From positions 2,596,857 through 2,648,431 of the forward strand of contig NW_003526948.1 of assembly GCF_000181795.1 (NCBI RefSeq): DNA of 51,575 nucleotides, in the 5' to 3' direction. The stretch's first letter is position 1. Every line of letters begins with the position of its first letter. Under the pieces are notes generated by a model that saw nothing but the letters and a program-made list of their open reading frames with translations, was not told the DNA's origin and did not search any database. Both the position numbers and the translations under genes were made by a program. The stretch is from Trichinella spiralis. Its lineage: Eukaryota. Shown here one piece after another: positions 1 to 12,851 of the stretch.

Positions 1-1193
1 GTTTAATTTACGTGGCAATTAGTAGCATCGTTGAACGTTCTCTGAGTTCATTACGGGCGTTAAGTAGCTGCTGAAGTCGGTTGCGGAATTGCTGACAAGT
101 ATTCTACTTTTCTGCTTGTTATTTTTTTAAAACTTTGTATACACATCATGTAACCAATTATTTTTTAATTAGATAGCACTTAATTATTATATTTGTTGTA
201 AATTTATCTTGTGATAAAGTGAGGATAGTTTTGATTTAATATCATTATTACAGGTTTAAAGAATGGAGCAAAGAAAATGTGAAAACACGGACGGCACGAA
301 GCAGAAAAAGAGAAGGCAATAGGTAAATGCCATTTCTTGTGGATCTGTGAAGCAGGGATAAGCATACTTCGGACGGGTGAAGTTGTTCTTTAGTTTAATG
401 AAATTACGCAAGTTTTAGTATGTAATATATGAGAGATATTTTTCACAGTAAAACTGTTCTTCTTGATTTTCATATTAAGATTGAGTAGGACTTCATCTTT
501 AGAAAGTTTGAAAATTAATTATTTTCACTTTAAATTATTTTTTCAACTTTCGTAGCTTCAGAGACATTCGGTAAATTACGTTTTTTGTTTCATTAACTTT
601 GTTTGTCAGCATTCGCAGCGAGTGTGCTTATATTTTAGTGAAAACATTTTGCGATGAGTTCCATTTATGTAGGTCATTCGCTGTGCTTGAGGTTTCAATT
701 TTCCTAATTTCATAGCGTTCGATTAGAATTAATTCTTCGTTCAGAAAATTTTCCAATCAACTCAAACCGGTTTCTATCGCTACAGTATGCAAATTAATGT
801 CGCTTGAAAATTGCTTTATCATCAATCAGTAACGGTGCGCTTGTTTGTTTTACTTGCGTGGCAAGTAACAGCATTCTCAAACGTCAAACGTTCGCGTTAA
901 GTAACTACTGAAGTCGGTTTTTAATTGTTGAAAGTATTTAAAGTTTTCTCGTTGTTACTTTTTTTTTCGAAACTCTCTATATATAATCATTTTGTTAAGG
1001 TTATTTTTAATTGAAAATCAGTTACTTCTTTTATTTCAAAATTCTTTGTTCAATTTTTTAATTGCACTGTGTAATAAAGTGCGAAAAATTTTGATTTAAC
1101 ATTTACCATTCTTACAGATATGACCAATGAAGAAAAGAAGAAGTGAAAACGCGGACGACACGAAGCAGATCGCGGACGACACAAGCAGAATCC
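1..1193 (+). repeat. Left outer arm of composite inverted repeat (two degenerate tandem units, ~845 bp period)
   Basis: 1-1156 is the reverse complement of ~49968-51370 (e.g. gtttaatttacgtggcaattagtagcatcg vs cgatgctactaattgccacgtaaattaaac). Internally 1-330 resembles 843-1193 (gcgttaagta.ct.ctgaagtcggtt; ttacag followed by a purine-rich block). Confidence 0.9.
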
Positions 1194-2182
1194 NNNNNNN
1201 NNNNNNNNNNNNNNNNNNNNNNNNNNNNNNNNNNNNNNNNNNNNNNNNNNNNNNNNNNNNNNNNNNNNNNNNNNNNNNNNNNNNNNNNNNNNNNNNNNNN
1301 NNNNNNNNNNNNNNNNNNNNNNNNNNNNNNNNNNNNNNNNNNNNNNNNNNNNNNNNNNNNNNNNNNNNNNNNNNNNNNNNNNNNNNNNNNNNNNNNNNNN
1401 NNNNNNNNNNNNNNNNNNNNNNNNNNNNNNNNNNNNNNNNNNNNNNNNNNNNNNNNNNNNNNNNNNNNNNNNNNNNNNNNNNNNNNNNNNNNNNNNNNNN
1501 NNNNNNNNNNNNNNNNNNNNNNNNNNNNNNNNNNNNNNNNNNNNNNNNNNNNNNNNNNNNNNNNNNNNNNNNNNNNNNNNNNNNNNNNNNNNNNNNNNNN
1601 NNNNNNNNNNNNNNNNNNNNNNNNNNNNNNNNNNNNNNNNNNNNNNNNNNNNNNNNNNNNNNNNNNNNNNNNNNNNNNNNNNNNNNNNNNNNNNNNNNNN
1701 NNNNNNNNNNNNNNNNNNNNNNNNNNNNNNNNNNNNNNNNNNNNNNNNNNNNNNNNNNNNNNNNNNNNNNNNNNNNNNNNNNNNNNNNNNNNNNNNNNNN
1801 NNNNNNNNNNNNNNNNNNNNNNNNNNNNNNNNNNNNNNNNNNNNNNNNNNNNNNNNNNNNNNNNNNNNNNNNNNNNNNNNNNNNNNNNNNNNNNNNNNNN
1901 NNNNNNNNNNNNNNNNNNNNNNNNNNNNNNNNNNNNNNNNNNNNNNNNNNNNNNNNNNNNNNNNNNNNNNNNNNNNNNNNNNNNNNNNNNNNNNNNNNNN
2001 NNNNNNNNNNNNNNNNNNNNNNNNNNNNNNNNNNNNNNNNNNNNNNNNNNNNNNNNNNNNNNNNNNNNNNNNNNNNNNNNNNNNNNNNNNNNNNNNNNNN
2101 NNNNNNNNNNNNNNNNNNNNNNNNNNNNNNNNNNNNNNNNNNNNNNNNNNNNNNNNNNNNNNNNNNNNNNNNNNNNNNNNNN
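1194..2182. other. Assembly gap (N run)
   Basis: Run of N. The four ORFs spanning it are artefacts. Confidence 1.
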
Positions 2183-2300
2183 AAATTCAAAAATGACCTT
2201 GACATTCAAACTCCAGTCAAAATATAAACTATCTGACAAGAAACGCCATAACAAAACAAAATTCACTTAGACAAAACACACCTACGTATTTCTGAAAATT
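2183..2300. repeat. Fragment of the same repeat family, co-oriented with the right-arm copy
   Basis: aaattcaaaaatgaccttgacatt...cagtcaaaatataaactatc matches ~50546-50660 directly, and a degraded version sits at 51541-51575. Confidence 0.8.
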
Positions 2301-2599
2301 TTCTTAATTCACGAAACCAAGAAGCTCAAATGAAGCTAATTTTATGTGAACAATTTACAGGCAAATGCTTGTTTATGGTCAATTGAAAGTGCATGTTAGC
2401 TACTGTAAAGGTGATTTTCAAAACATCATATTTTAATAATAGATGAACAATGCGTACAGAGTGTGTTTAATCAAACTTAATTGTAATGAAATATAGCGTT
2501 TATTAAATCACCTATCATCTCAGGTTGAGAACTCTTCATGGAGAATGTATTGAGAAATTATGCTCAATATCGATTCTCAACTGCATTGTTAAGTGATGA

Positions 2600-3478
2600 G
2601 GACTTAAAATTTTTAAAACAGCCACTTACTGCTAAATGCGCCGTTTTCTCATTGTTCATGTTCATTGTATTTGGATGTTCATTGAAAAATTATTTTTCAG
2701 AAATTATTCCAAAAAATAATAATGAATAAAAAGCGAAAATAGTGTTTGGATTCAATGTTTGCCTTCAGTCAATTTTCCAATCAAAACGCTGAGCTACCAT
2801 CCACGGACGGCCTCAAACTGAAATGATTTCTATTATGTCAACAAAGCCAACGACCTCGCATGCAAATTTTTATTTTGTTCATTTCTGCTGATAAATATGG
2901 CTACTGTACATTTTTCATTGCTTGGCAAAAAGAAATGCAGGTTTTGGGCGAAATCTGTCCAGTCGTTGTGAAATAATGGGCTTCTAAAGTCGGCACTTTG
3001 CTTATCTCAATAAATAGGTAAGCGAGGCACTTGATTTGGGATATCTCGAGAACTATGGAACTAGGAACGGTGTGGATATGTCTGTTGTACTTCTCTATTC
3101 ATTTCCGATCGATTGATGTCCATAAAGTCCATTTTTGGATTCCAAAGCTTTTCTCAAAAATTGCAAATTTCATGGGCTACAGACTTGTTTTTTTTTTGAA
3201 AAACGGCAAAAACCTTTTTTCGAAATTCGCTCTTTTTATGCTTGTTAGGCATTCGCATTGATTAAAAATAATTTTATGCAAAGTTTGGGCGAAATCTATC
3301 CAGTAGTTGTAAAATAAATGGCTTCTAAAGTTGGCACGTTGCCCATATTAATACATAGGTAAGTTTTCCACTTTTTTCGGGATATCTTGAGAAATACGCA
3401 ACTGGGAACGTCGGGAATACGTTTCTTGTACTTCACTAATCATTTCCGATCGACTGATACGAATAAAGTCAATTTTTA
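2600..3478 (+). repeat. Left inner arm of inverted repeat, including ~342-bp tandem subunits
   Basis: Reverse complement of ~49100-49955; 2763-2970 reads as identical to 49608-49815. Subunits start at ~2940 and ~3282 (tttgggcgaaatct.tccagt.gttgt...ggcttctaaagt.ggcac...catttccgatcga.tgat). Confidence 0.9.
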
Positions 3479-3800
3479 GAGACTAAGGCGCGTTCTTAAA
3501 CAAAGCCCTAATGCTTCATGGTCTCACTGCATGCTTCGTAGAGAAGCATCATTATTTTGAAACTATATCAGACGATTTAAAAAACACTGCCGTGAAAATT
3601 ATCAACTTTATTAAGAATGAGCCGTTACAGTCTCGTTCAATCACTTCACAAAAGCTTTAGTTACAGTTATTATGGAAAGAAGCGGTTTCGTTTTTCCTCA
3701 CACTGTTCACCTATCTGTTGGCCTCGTATCATTATGAGCCACAATTTCAACGTTCACTACACGATTGAAATTTCAAATAACATCAGCAATTGCTTATCAA

Positions 3801-6800
3801 TTATTTTTGAAAGTAAATGCTTTCCAATTTTTTCAAATTTTCCAACACAATCATATCGTCCGGTTTCAACTGAAGCGCTAACAGATATTCTTCTTTGGCA
3901 TTTTTGTATTTTCCATTCATATGCAAAATAGCACCATAATTTGAATGAGCAGAACTCGACTAAAAAATCAACGTTCATCAATTTAGCATGAAAATTCCAA
4001 TTATTTACCATTGGTTCAATCTCCACTGCTCGTTTGTACAAACGCTCCGCTTCGGTCGTGTTGTCATTTTTTCTGTAATAAATTGTGTTCAGTATTTATT
4101 TTGAAAATTAGCATATTTGAAATGGTGCACTTTATAAATCGACCAAATTTTACAACATTGTGCAATAAAAGGAAATTTTCAAACAGAATTTTAACGTTTC
4201 AATGCTTAGAAACAACGACGGTAAATACAGATTTGCTTTCGCATGTGCAACAATTACGAACAAAATATTAACACTAACAATATGATGTATCAGTATTTAT
4301 TTGTTTTACGAACAGATTTTGCAATTTTACAAGCATATGTACAACATGCATGTACATAGCATGTGTGCGTGTGTGCCTATATACATATATACATACATGC
4401 GTACAGATAGCCATTTATATATATATGTATGTATGGTGTCATATTGTTTATCCTAAGCAAATTCTTTGTTTTTGTCATGTTGCTTACCTTTGAGCAGTGG
4501 CCAGTGCAAATACAAGGCCGAAATTATGAGGCTCTAATTTCAAAGCTTTTACAAATGTTTCAATTGCCAATTCCAGATTGCCCGTATCAAGATAAAAATG
4601 ACCCAGATGTTCAAGAGCCTGGACAGACTCAATTTGCAAGCGAGTTGCCAATTCAAATTTTTCACGTGCTTCAATAATGTGACCCTAAAGAAAATGCATT
4701 TACATCATATCATATGCCAATTAATTTTACAACAGACAAAATTGAACACACATGTTTCCACAAGAAATGGCCATAAGCGAGATAAGCTGGGATGTGATTC
4801 GCTTTTGAAATAATTGACTGCTGAAAATACTTTTCTGCTGCTTCAGTTTGTCCAATTTTAGCATAAGAATCAGCTAATAAATAAATAAATATATATATAT
4901 ATATATATATTTGGGTATTCATATAAATGATAATGACAAAATTCGTTAATAGTTCATTCGTTTGTATAATTACGCTGTGCATTACACGTTACAAAAAACT
5001 GCATATGTTGCAAAACTTATTGCATTACACTTTCTCTAAATTATTAAACATGTTTATTAATTTAATAAATCTTGTCCAAAGCCACATTAATAAGTACAAT
5101 AAATCATATTAACAGAGCACAGCAAAAAATGTTGAATATTTACCGAGCATGTTGTACAGCGCATGAGGAGCATAGTGGGCATTTATCCTGTTCAAGGCTT
5201 CATGATAAATTTGTATAGCTTCGTCGTGCTTGTTTTCATCAGCCAGCAGTCGTCCAAGACTGTACAAGCATGAAATCTGAGCATGTTCATGGCTCACTGG
5301 ATCTCTCATACTGTTGCTCTTTAATTTTGAACAATGCAACAAATGCTAAATAAACAAAATTGAAAAACTAAAACAAAAAGTTTGTAAAAAAAATTCAAAT
5401 TCATATGTTTTTTTTCATAACTACGAATTATTAAGCTGAAAAAAATATGGATCAAACTTACTTGTTTGGCTTCTTCTGTTCTTCCCATTTCTCCAAGAAC
5501 AATGCCAAAATTCAGGTAGGCCACTGAAATAAAGTTCTCATCATTTCTTGCAAACTGATTTATTTTTACCAAATCAATCTTTTCAATAACGACTAATCAA
5601 ACCTGGCAATGTCACAACTGCATTGACTACATTATCTGATTATAGTTTTGCTTATTTTTGCGCACATTTTTTCGACAGAAGCGTAATATATATATATATA
5701 TGAGACAAAATTTAAATGGAACTTACAAGCAAACCAGGGTCTTCGTTGAATTGAATTTCTGTAAGCATTTAAAGCTTCGCTAAGGCGACCCGCATTTTGC
5801 AAAAATAATCCATAATTGTACCAAGTATCGGACGTATCTGATTTTTGATCCAGTGCAATTTTGTACAGTTGTTCCGCTTTTTCAAGCGTTCCTTCTCGAG
5901 CGTAGACGTTTGCAAGATTTGCCAACGCTTTAGCGGGACATACTGACACTCCAGATAAATACAGACTCTTTTCGTCCATCCAGTCCATATTCCTGAGCCA
6001 ACTTCTGACGGCCAAACTGACCAATGAAATGCACAACAGCAAATGAACAGAGCAAAATATGGCACGATTTTCACGTCTGGCAATTTTCAAAAGTTTGCAA
6101 GCGCCGACTGCTATTAAACAGCAAAATCCAACACTGGGCAAATAGAGAACTCTTTCGGCGACAACAAAACCAACGTAAAAGAACAAATTTGACGCCGGAA
6201 TGAACGTAACGACCATCCAAAGCAAAGCAAGAAAAGCCATCTCTGAAGACTGATCTTTCGAAACGGTGCTTTCAAGCTTCAGTGGCTGACCTTTGAACTT
6301 GGCTCGAAATTTTGGTACTGTTTGCTGCCAATCGTTGGCGTACAGTCTGGTGATTGTTGTGGTGCAGCAGTTCGACTTTTCTCGACTTCCACTGTTCCAA
6401 CGTGCTACGGATATATTGTTGTTTTCCTTTGCCAGGGCGTGGCCGTTTAAGCAACAGTCCACTAGTGCATCGTCACTGTCGTTGCTGTTGTTGTTCTTGT
6501 ACATATCAATGAAACGTTTCGTTCGAGGTGTGTACGGTGAACATGGAAGTGGAGTGTACAACTTTCCGACCGGAGTTGATTCTTCTCGTCCAATGATAAA
6601 ACGATAAAGCTGAAAACCGAGACCAGCCAAAGCCAAATATCCCAAACAGGCCACAAATATCCTACTGTCCGTAATGGATTCGACCAGTGGTATGGAATTC
6701 ATCGACCAGTCGAAACTGAGAACCGTCGGACAGAGAGCGAGTTTCAAATTGAATATGGGCAAAAAAAGAAATGTCAATATTCGGATCAAACGATTCGAGC

Positions 6801-8885
6801 AGTGTGAAGCGGGATTGTCGAAAGAAGAAAAAGCGGGCGATTGGAAATTCATCACCCATAATCTGAAGAATAGCACGAAAGCAGCGCCAACAATCAACAT
6901 CCACAAGCAAACTGCGTCCAATTCGTTCTTCTAAATCGAACAGAGAAATTAATATTTTACAAAAAAAAAATAAATTTTCAATTTTCAGTGAAACACTCGA
7001 GCATTGACTGTTAATAGTATTCGACGAAATTGAAAAATATTTTATATATAAAATCATCCAACTGAATAATTAAATTGGTCGCAAGAGAAAAAATTTTTGC
7101 ATCAACTTCGAAATAACATCACAAATGCCTAACTTTTTCTCATCATCTAAACTTTATCGTTTCTCAGTGGATAAATTTTTGTTCAAATTCTCTCCAAAGT
7201 ATAGTATTAAATATTGTTTCGTTGAAAAAATTTCAATAAAATTATCTTTGGTGAGAAAAGTTGAAAATATGCCCTCGTATTTCTCATTTGATTAACTGGT
7301 GAACAATACAACAATAGTAAATATATTCAATGCAAGGTTAAAGTCGATAGGAAAATCCATCGCCTATAGTACAGCTTTGACGAGCACATTGAGAAAATGA
7401 CTTGCAACAAAACTGTCTCGCGGGGTCATCTTATCTATTAATTCTGTCAACTGAAACGTATAAATCAGACGGCATTATAACATGCAAAATAATGCCACTG
7501 ATAATATTTGCCGACATTGTGCAGAAGTAAATCAGCAGCGAATCGAATGTGTAAAATGGAATTTGTATTATAAAAAAGTGTTTAAAAAAAAGAAAACTCA
7601 TTTTATAAATTGCGCAAAAATCGAAATGAAATTATTTTCACATTTGGAAAGTCTTCAAATGTTGGGATCAATCACTGCAGGATAAAAATAAATGTGATCA
7701 ATTTGCTTTGCTAATAGAGTTAATTCTCTACCCAAATCTCTTGAGAGGCAAGTTCTCCTCAGTGAATTATTATTATTTTCTCTCATTCATCTGAAACAAA
7801 CCACTGTCGATTGTATTCAATTGATTTCTTTTTCTTTTCTCCAACTCAGTCAATTTCAAAATCGAAGATCGAATCAATCGACGATTAATTGAATTAAAAA
7901 GAAGCGACTTTTTGAGCCAAGCCAGTTGTGTGAATTGTGGATAAAACGTAAAACATCCATCAATTAGCTGCTTACCGATTTTTTGTGCCTTGCACGTCGT
8001 CTTTGTACTTTTGGGCAAATCCACAGACTGAATTGGACCCTTTGAACAATCAACAATTCGTACAGTATGCAAACGCCCAGCACGGACAAGCCGTGCTCTT
8101 TGGCCAGTGTAGCCATACTGGACAAACAAATTGTCCCCAATGAGGCGAACCAACAGCCAAATTGGCTGCCGTTGTTCAATCGACGCAGTTCGACCGTTTT
8201 CAAATAAGCCATCAACGCCAACAAGCAGAACAAAGTGGCAAGCAAATCCGCCCTGCCCACGACGCCGGCAACCGATTCCGTGTGAATAGGTGCCACGCTG
8301 AAAAGCACCGACGTCATGGACGATATTTCCAACTGGCCAACAGTGCTGTGGACGACAACAAAAACAGCGCTCGTTACCATTCCATGGATAAGAACATTGA
8401 AAAGATGATAACTGAAAAAAATGTTAATCGGATCAAATTGTAAATTTAATGAATTATTTAATTACCCGAAAGGATTCAATCCACCGAGGGCAAAATTCAC
8501 ACGGAACGAAGCAACAGTTAGCGGACGGTACGATTTATGCGAACCAGAATGCGACAATGGAGTACCCCAAAAGTCGTCGACTAGAATTTGTTTCCAAGGA
8601 GTTTCAGGTCTCAAATCCATATTACTTTTTATGGCCCTGCTAAAATACGTTTCTTCATTAAACATCACGTTCACTGTCGAGAATAACATAATAATAATAA
8701 TTTTATTTTTTGCTTTTTCACAAATATTCTCATCAAATAATTATTAAACAAAAGAAAAATCAACGTATCTGTTGAACATACGTATCATCGTAGACGAAAT
8801 CTGCAAACAAAGTGTTCCACCGAATTAGCATAGCGAACGTTGAGCAAGCGATGCAAATGAAACGAACAACCCACGGTCGAGTCAT
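3801..8885 (-). CDS. TMTC2: Protein O-mannosyltransferase of the TMTC family (TMTC2-like), ~10 exons
   Basis: Spliced translation: MTRPWVVRF...ADFVYDDT/RAIKSNMDLRPETPW...DDFWGTPLSHSGSHKSYRPL; PIHTESVAGVVGRADLLA; LAKEHG; FSSFDNPAS; LSFDWSMNSIPL; PASNLFFYVGFVVAERVLYLPSVG; C-terminal TPRs ending ALQLKPDDMIVLENLKKLESIYFQK*. All junctions GT-AG and in frame. The paralogue call rests on recalled motifs. Confidence 0.9.
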
Positions 8886-10202
8886 TGTTGAATTGATTAA
8901 TTAATTTAGATTGTGATGAAATCTGAAATTTCAATCTGATGAAATAGAATAAACAAACAAACAAAAAATAAAGCATCTCTCTCACATTGCTGAAGTTGAC
9001 TGCAGATATATTGTGTGTGTATAGCAGTTATATATATGTATATACTTCGTGAATGAATTCGAGGAAAATTTGAATTGAGATAGAAGAAAATCAATACAAC
9101 TTTGACGGCGAAACAGGACGCAGAAACGGACAAATCAGTGGAAAATTATTTCAGCTTCGGCCGGCTTAAAATATATAACTCTGGTCGCATTCAAAAACGA
9201 CACAGCCTTCATCAAGAGACGAACAAATGGACTAATCATTTATTTGCCAACCAGTTGGAGTAGCAGAGGTCAAGCGACGACAACGACGACAAGCAGCATA
9301 GCTTTATTCTGTTCTTGGGAAAAAAAAGACAAGAAATCAGCTATGCAGCAAAAAGCCGCCGGTATGCAGACCAAAAATCCAACATTAACCTCGTGACCCC
9401 CCTCCCGCAAAACTGTACCGTCCGACTGTCATGTTCAATGACAATGGATATCATCGAAGCGACAAATTCACAACACCACCACCACCAACCAATAATTGAA
9501 AAATATTAATAGAACAATCTCATCTTTCTTTGAATAATATTATGAAATAAAAATTTACGCTTTCTTATTTTCAAATTCAACCTACTAAAATGCTTCAATT
9601 TCATGCATGCTAAACTTAAAAAATTGCAAAAATTGATAAGAACATTATTCCAATCGATGTACAACACTTGGTGATTAATTGTTATCAATTTTCTTTTCTG
9701 AAATCATCTTTATCACAAACAAACAAACAAACGTCAATGAACTTAATTTCCATTTTACCCATATACAAATAATGTGCGTACTGTAGTTCTCATTTGATAT
9801 AACTTTTTTTGAAAAACATGAAAAAATAAAAATAAAAAATATATATGAACATATTTTTAAAACAAACTGAACAAATTATAAATAATTAATGTTTCACAAT
9901 AAATAATAAAAATTGAAAAAAAAATTCATACGAAACTTACTGAAACGGTGTGTTTTGGATTGTATCTTTTTAAAAGTTTTATTCAATTTCTTTATATATT
10001 AAATGTTTCTGCGATGCATGCTTAAAGATGAATCAAGTACAGGCAATTTTCACGCTTCTTTCTGATCATCAATCAGAGTATATGGGCATCATTATTGTAA
10101 CAAAACGAAACGAAACGATCAGACCGACCACATGCACACAATCTTCATTCATCAACTGTTCCTCGTTTTGGATGTGTATGAACGAGCTCGTGATTGTTGC
10201 TT

Positions 10203-12851
10203 TCATTGTACTGATGATTGCTGCTTTTGCACCTTGCCACGAGCTCTGCGCTTCTTTGGAACATCCTTCTTATCATAAATATCTTGCTTCCAGTTTGGGT
10301 CGTGCTTGACACGATCCTTCCTTTCAGGAAGTCGAATCGTGCACTTCATGAAACGGTTCCAAATTTTCAATGGAGAAAATTCTACATATTTCAGAGAATC
10401 GAAATAGGACGAATTGTCCACAAGATCCATCGCAGCGTCGGAAGGAAGCAATTTGAAGCGAACATTCAAACCTTTCATCAGATGAAAAAATTTCACTGCT
10501 TCACATTCATTCGTAATTACAGTAAACGACAGTCCACTTCTACCTGCAAATCAAATATCGACGTCTATTTTTAAATAATTATCAATGACAAATCGACAAT
10601 TACCAAAACGTCCAGCACGTCCAGCGCGATGCAAATAATCAGTACCGTATTTCGGAACATCAAGGTTCACCACCATGTTCAACATTGGCAAATCCACCCC
10701 ACGCGACAACTGAATTTAAATAGATTGAATTCAAATGTCTCATTTGCACACAACATTCAATCTTGTTTTTATTTTAGAAAAAAAAAGTAAACTCACCAAA
10801 TCACTGGACACTAAAATTCGACTTTCGATACTTCTCATCTGTTCGATCACTTTCAGTCGTTCTTGAGGTTCAATATCGCGCGAAATGTACCTAACTGACC
10901 AAAGACGTGAATCGAGCTCCTGAGCAATGGTCATCAAGCTGAAAGCCAATACACAAATTAAAACCCAGCACTGGGCAAAAAAATACTGCTTACAGTTCAT
11001 TGTTATTATAAAAAACAACCGCTTGATTGAAGCTGAAGTGAGAAAATAGCCATTGCACAGCTTCGATCTTCAATTCAAAATTGTTCGTCGTGTTCTTCAC
11101 GTTGCAGACGGCAATCATTGCAAAATGTTTGATATCTGGGAAGGAAGAGGGGAAAAAATTAAAATATGCCAAAAAATGACAATAATCGACAAAACACGTG
11201 AAAAGAAAATTAGTACTTTCGAAATCATCACTGATACTGATGAAAGTTGGATTTCGCATGTAACGCTTCAACATTTCACAAAAAGCGTGCGGGTATGTGG
11301 CCGACGTCACCACTACTTGCTTGCTTGCAGAAAGATGATTGAAAAGTACGCTACAATGCAAAACAACATCATAATTGCAACAATTCTATGAAATGCAAAC
11401 TAAATGTGAAATCCATTTACTGAACAAAAAAATTAAATTGAAAAACTATAAAATTTTTGCCAAATGGATAGGAAATTAAAAACAAACAAACATCTAGCTC
11501 ACTTCAGTGTTGGCTGAAAAGTGCCATTCATCAGCCGATCGGCTTCATCGAACACCAGCATCCGTACTCTTTCCACACTGATAGCATTGAGCTTCACCAA
11601 ATGGCATAATCGACCTTTGAAAAATACACGAATAAAATATACAAATTATCACAAAACAAAAAATATATTAACTTTAACGATTAGAATTCACAATACTAGT
11701 AGAAAATTCACAAATGCAAACAGATAATTTTCTCTAACTAAAAGTTATAAAATAAATATAATGCGCTTGAGGAAAAAATAGAATACTGTCTTTATTTGCA
11801 TTACATCTGCGAATTTACCTTCCAACAAACTTACTGTAAAACTACATCCCCAAAAATTAATTATTCAAATGAAGTAGATTTTTTATCGTAAAATTACCAT
11901 TAATCAAGCCACATTTAAATTTTATCAAAATTACTCAATCACAGAAGCCGTACAGATTACATTTACAACGAAACAAAATTGTCGTGAATTCAAAAAATTA
12001 ATGAACGATAACGTCACCATGAATCACACAGCACACGGAATGTCGATAATCAATAGAAAAAAGTGAACACAAACCCGGTGTGCCAACCACAATTTGACAT
12101 CTCTTCAGTTCATCTTTATCCAAAAGCAGGCTTCGAAATTTGCCAGAAAAAAATTGACACTTCAAGTGTTCGTCAAAGTGCGCAATTTGGTCAATAACGT
12201 GTTGAATTTGAATGGCAATTTCACAAGTAGGAGTGACAATGATAACTTGGACACCACTGTCCGCTTCTTTACGAACCATATGAACAGCCAAAATGGAAAA
12301 CACGCAAGTTTTACCAGTGCCTGATTTCGATTGCACAATCATATCTACAATTATACGTTACAAAAATAATACAAATTTCAACTCGTTTCAACATCCAAGT
12401 ACATACACATCTGATACTGTATTATTGCATATAAACAAAAATGATGCATTTATTTCATTTGTGCTTCATTAATCAATTATTAATTTATTTATGCATGCAG
12501 GGAGGACAAAATAGAAAATCAACGAACCATGACCAGCAAAACCAACAGGAATTGCTTTCGCTTGAATTGGTGATGGAGCAAAGAACTTCATTCGAGTTAG
12601 TCCTTTCAAAAACGGCTCACGAACACCCAACTCACTGAAAGTGGTCTGCGACAATTTGCTTTTATTCACAGTATCCAAAGTACCTGGAAAAAAGTCACTT
12701 TCAACACTGCAAACATCAACTACTGCACGAAATTACTTTCATCTGCGATGCTCGCTTGGCAATCCGACGGCCTGTAAAAATAATTTTCATAATCACTAAA
12801 AATCAAAAAAGAAAAAAGAAACGAAAAATTATACCCTTTTTCATACTTCAT
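10203..12851 (-). CDS. DDX20: DEAD-box RNA helicase, DDX20/Gemin3-like, ~10 exons
   Basis: Q motif (FSELG...[10 protein letters not shown]), [50 protein letters not shown]. The start (ATG-AA at 12851 spliced to 12771) and the C-terminal end are less certain. Confidence 0.8.

Noticed and set aside
1..22. Resemblance of gtttaattta to the nematode SL1 leader start
   Set aside because: The match stops after about 8 nt, with no adjacent donor or SL RNA structure; it is part of the repeat unit.
1096..2270. Four 360-385 aa ORFs in the track
   Set aside because: They consist almost entirely of X across the N gap.
7375..7452. Possible 78-nt in-frame cassette exon in the long TMTC2 intron
   Set aside because: Flanking exons already join in frame, the donor is weak and no homology is recognised.
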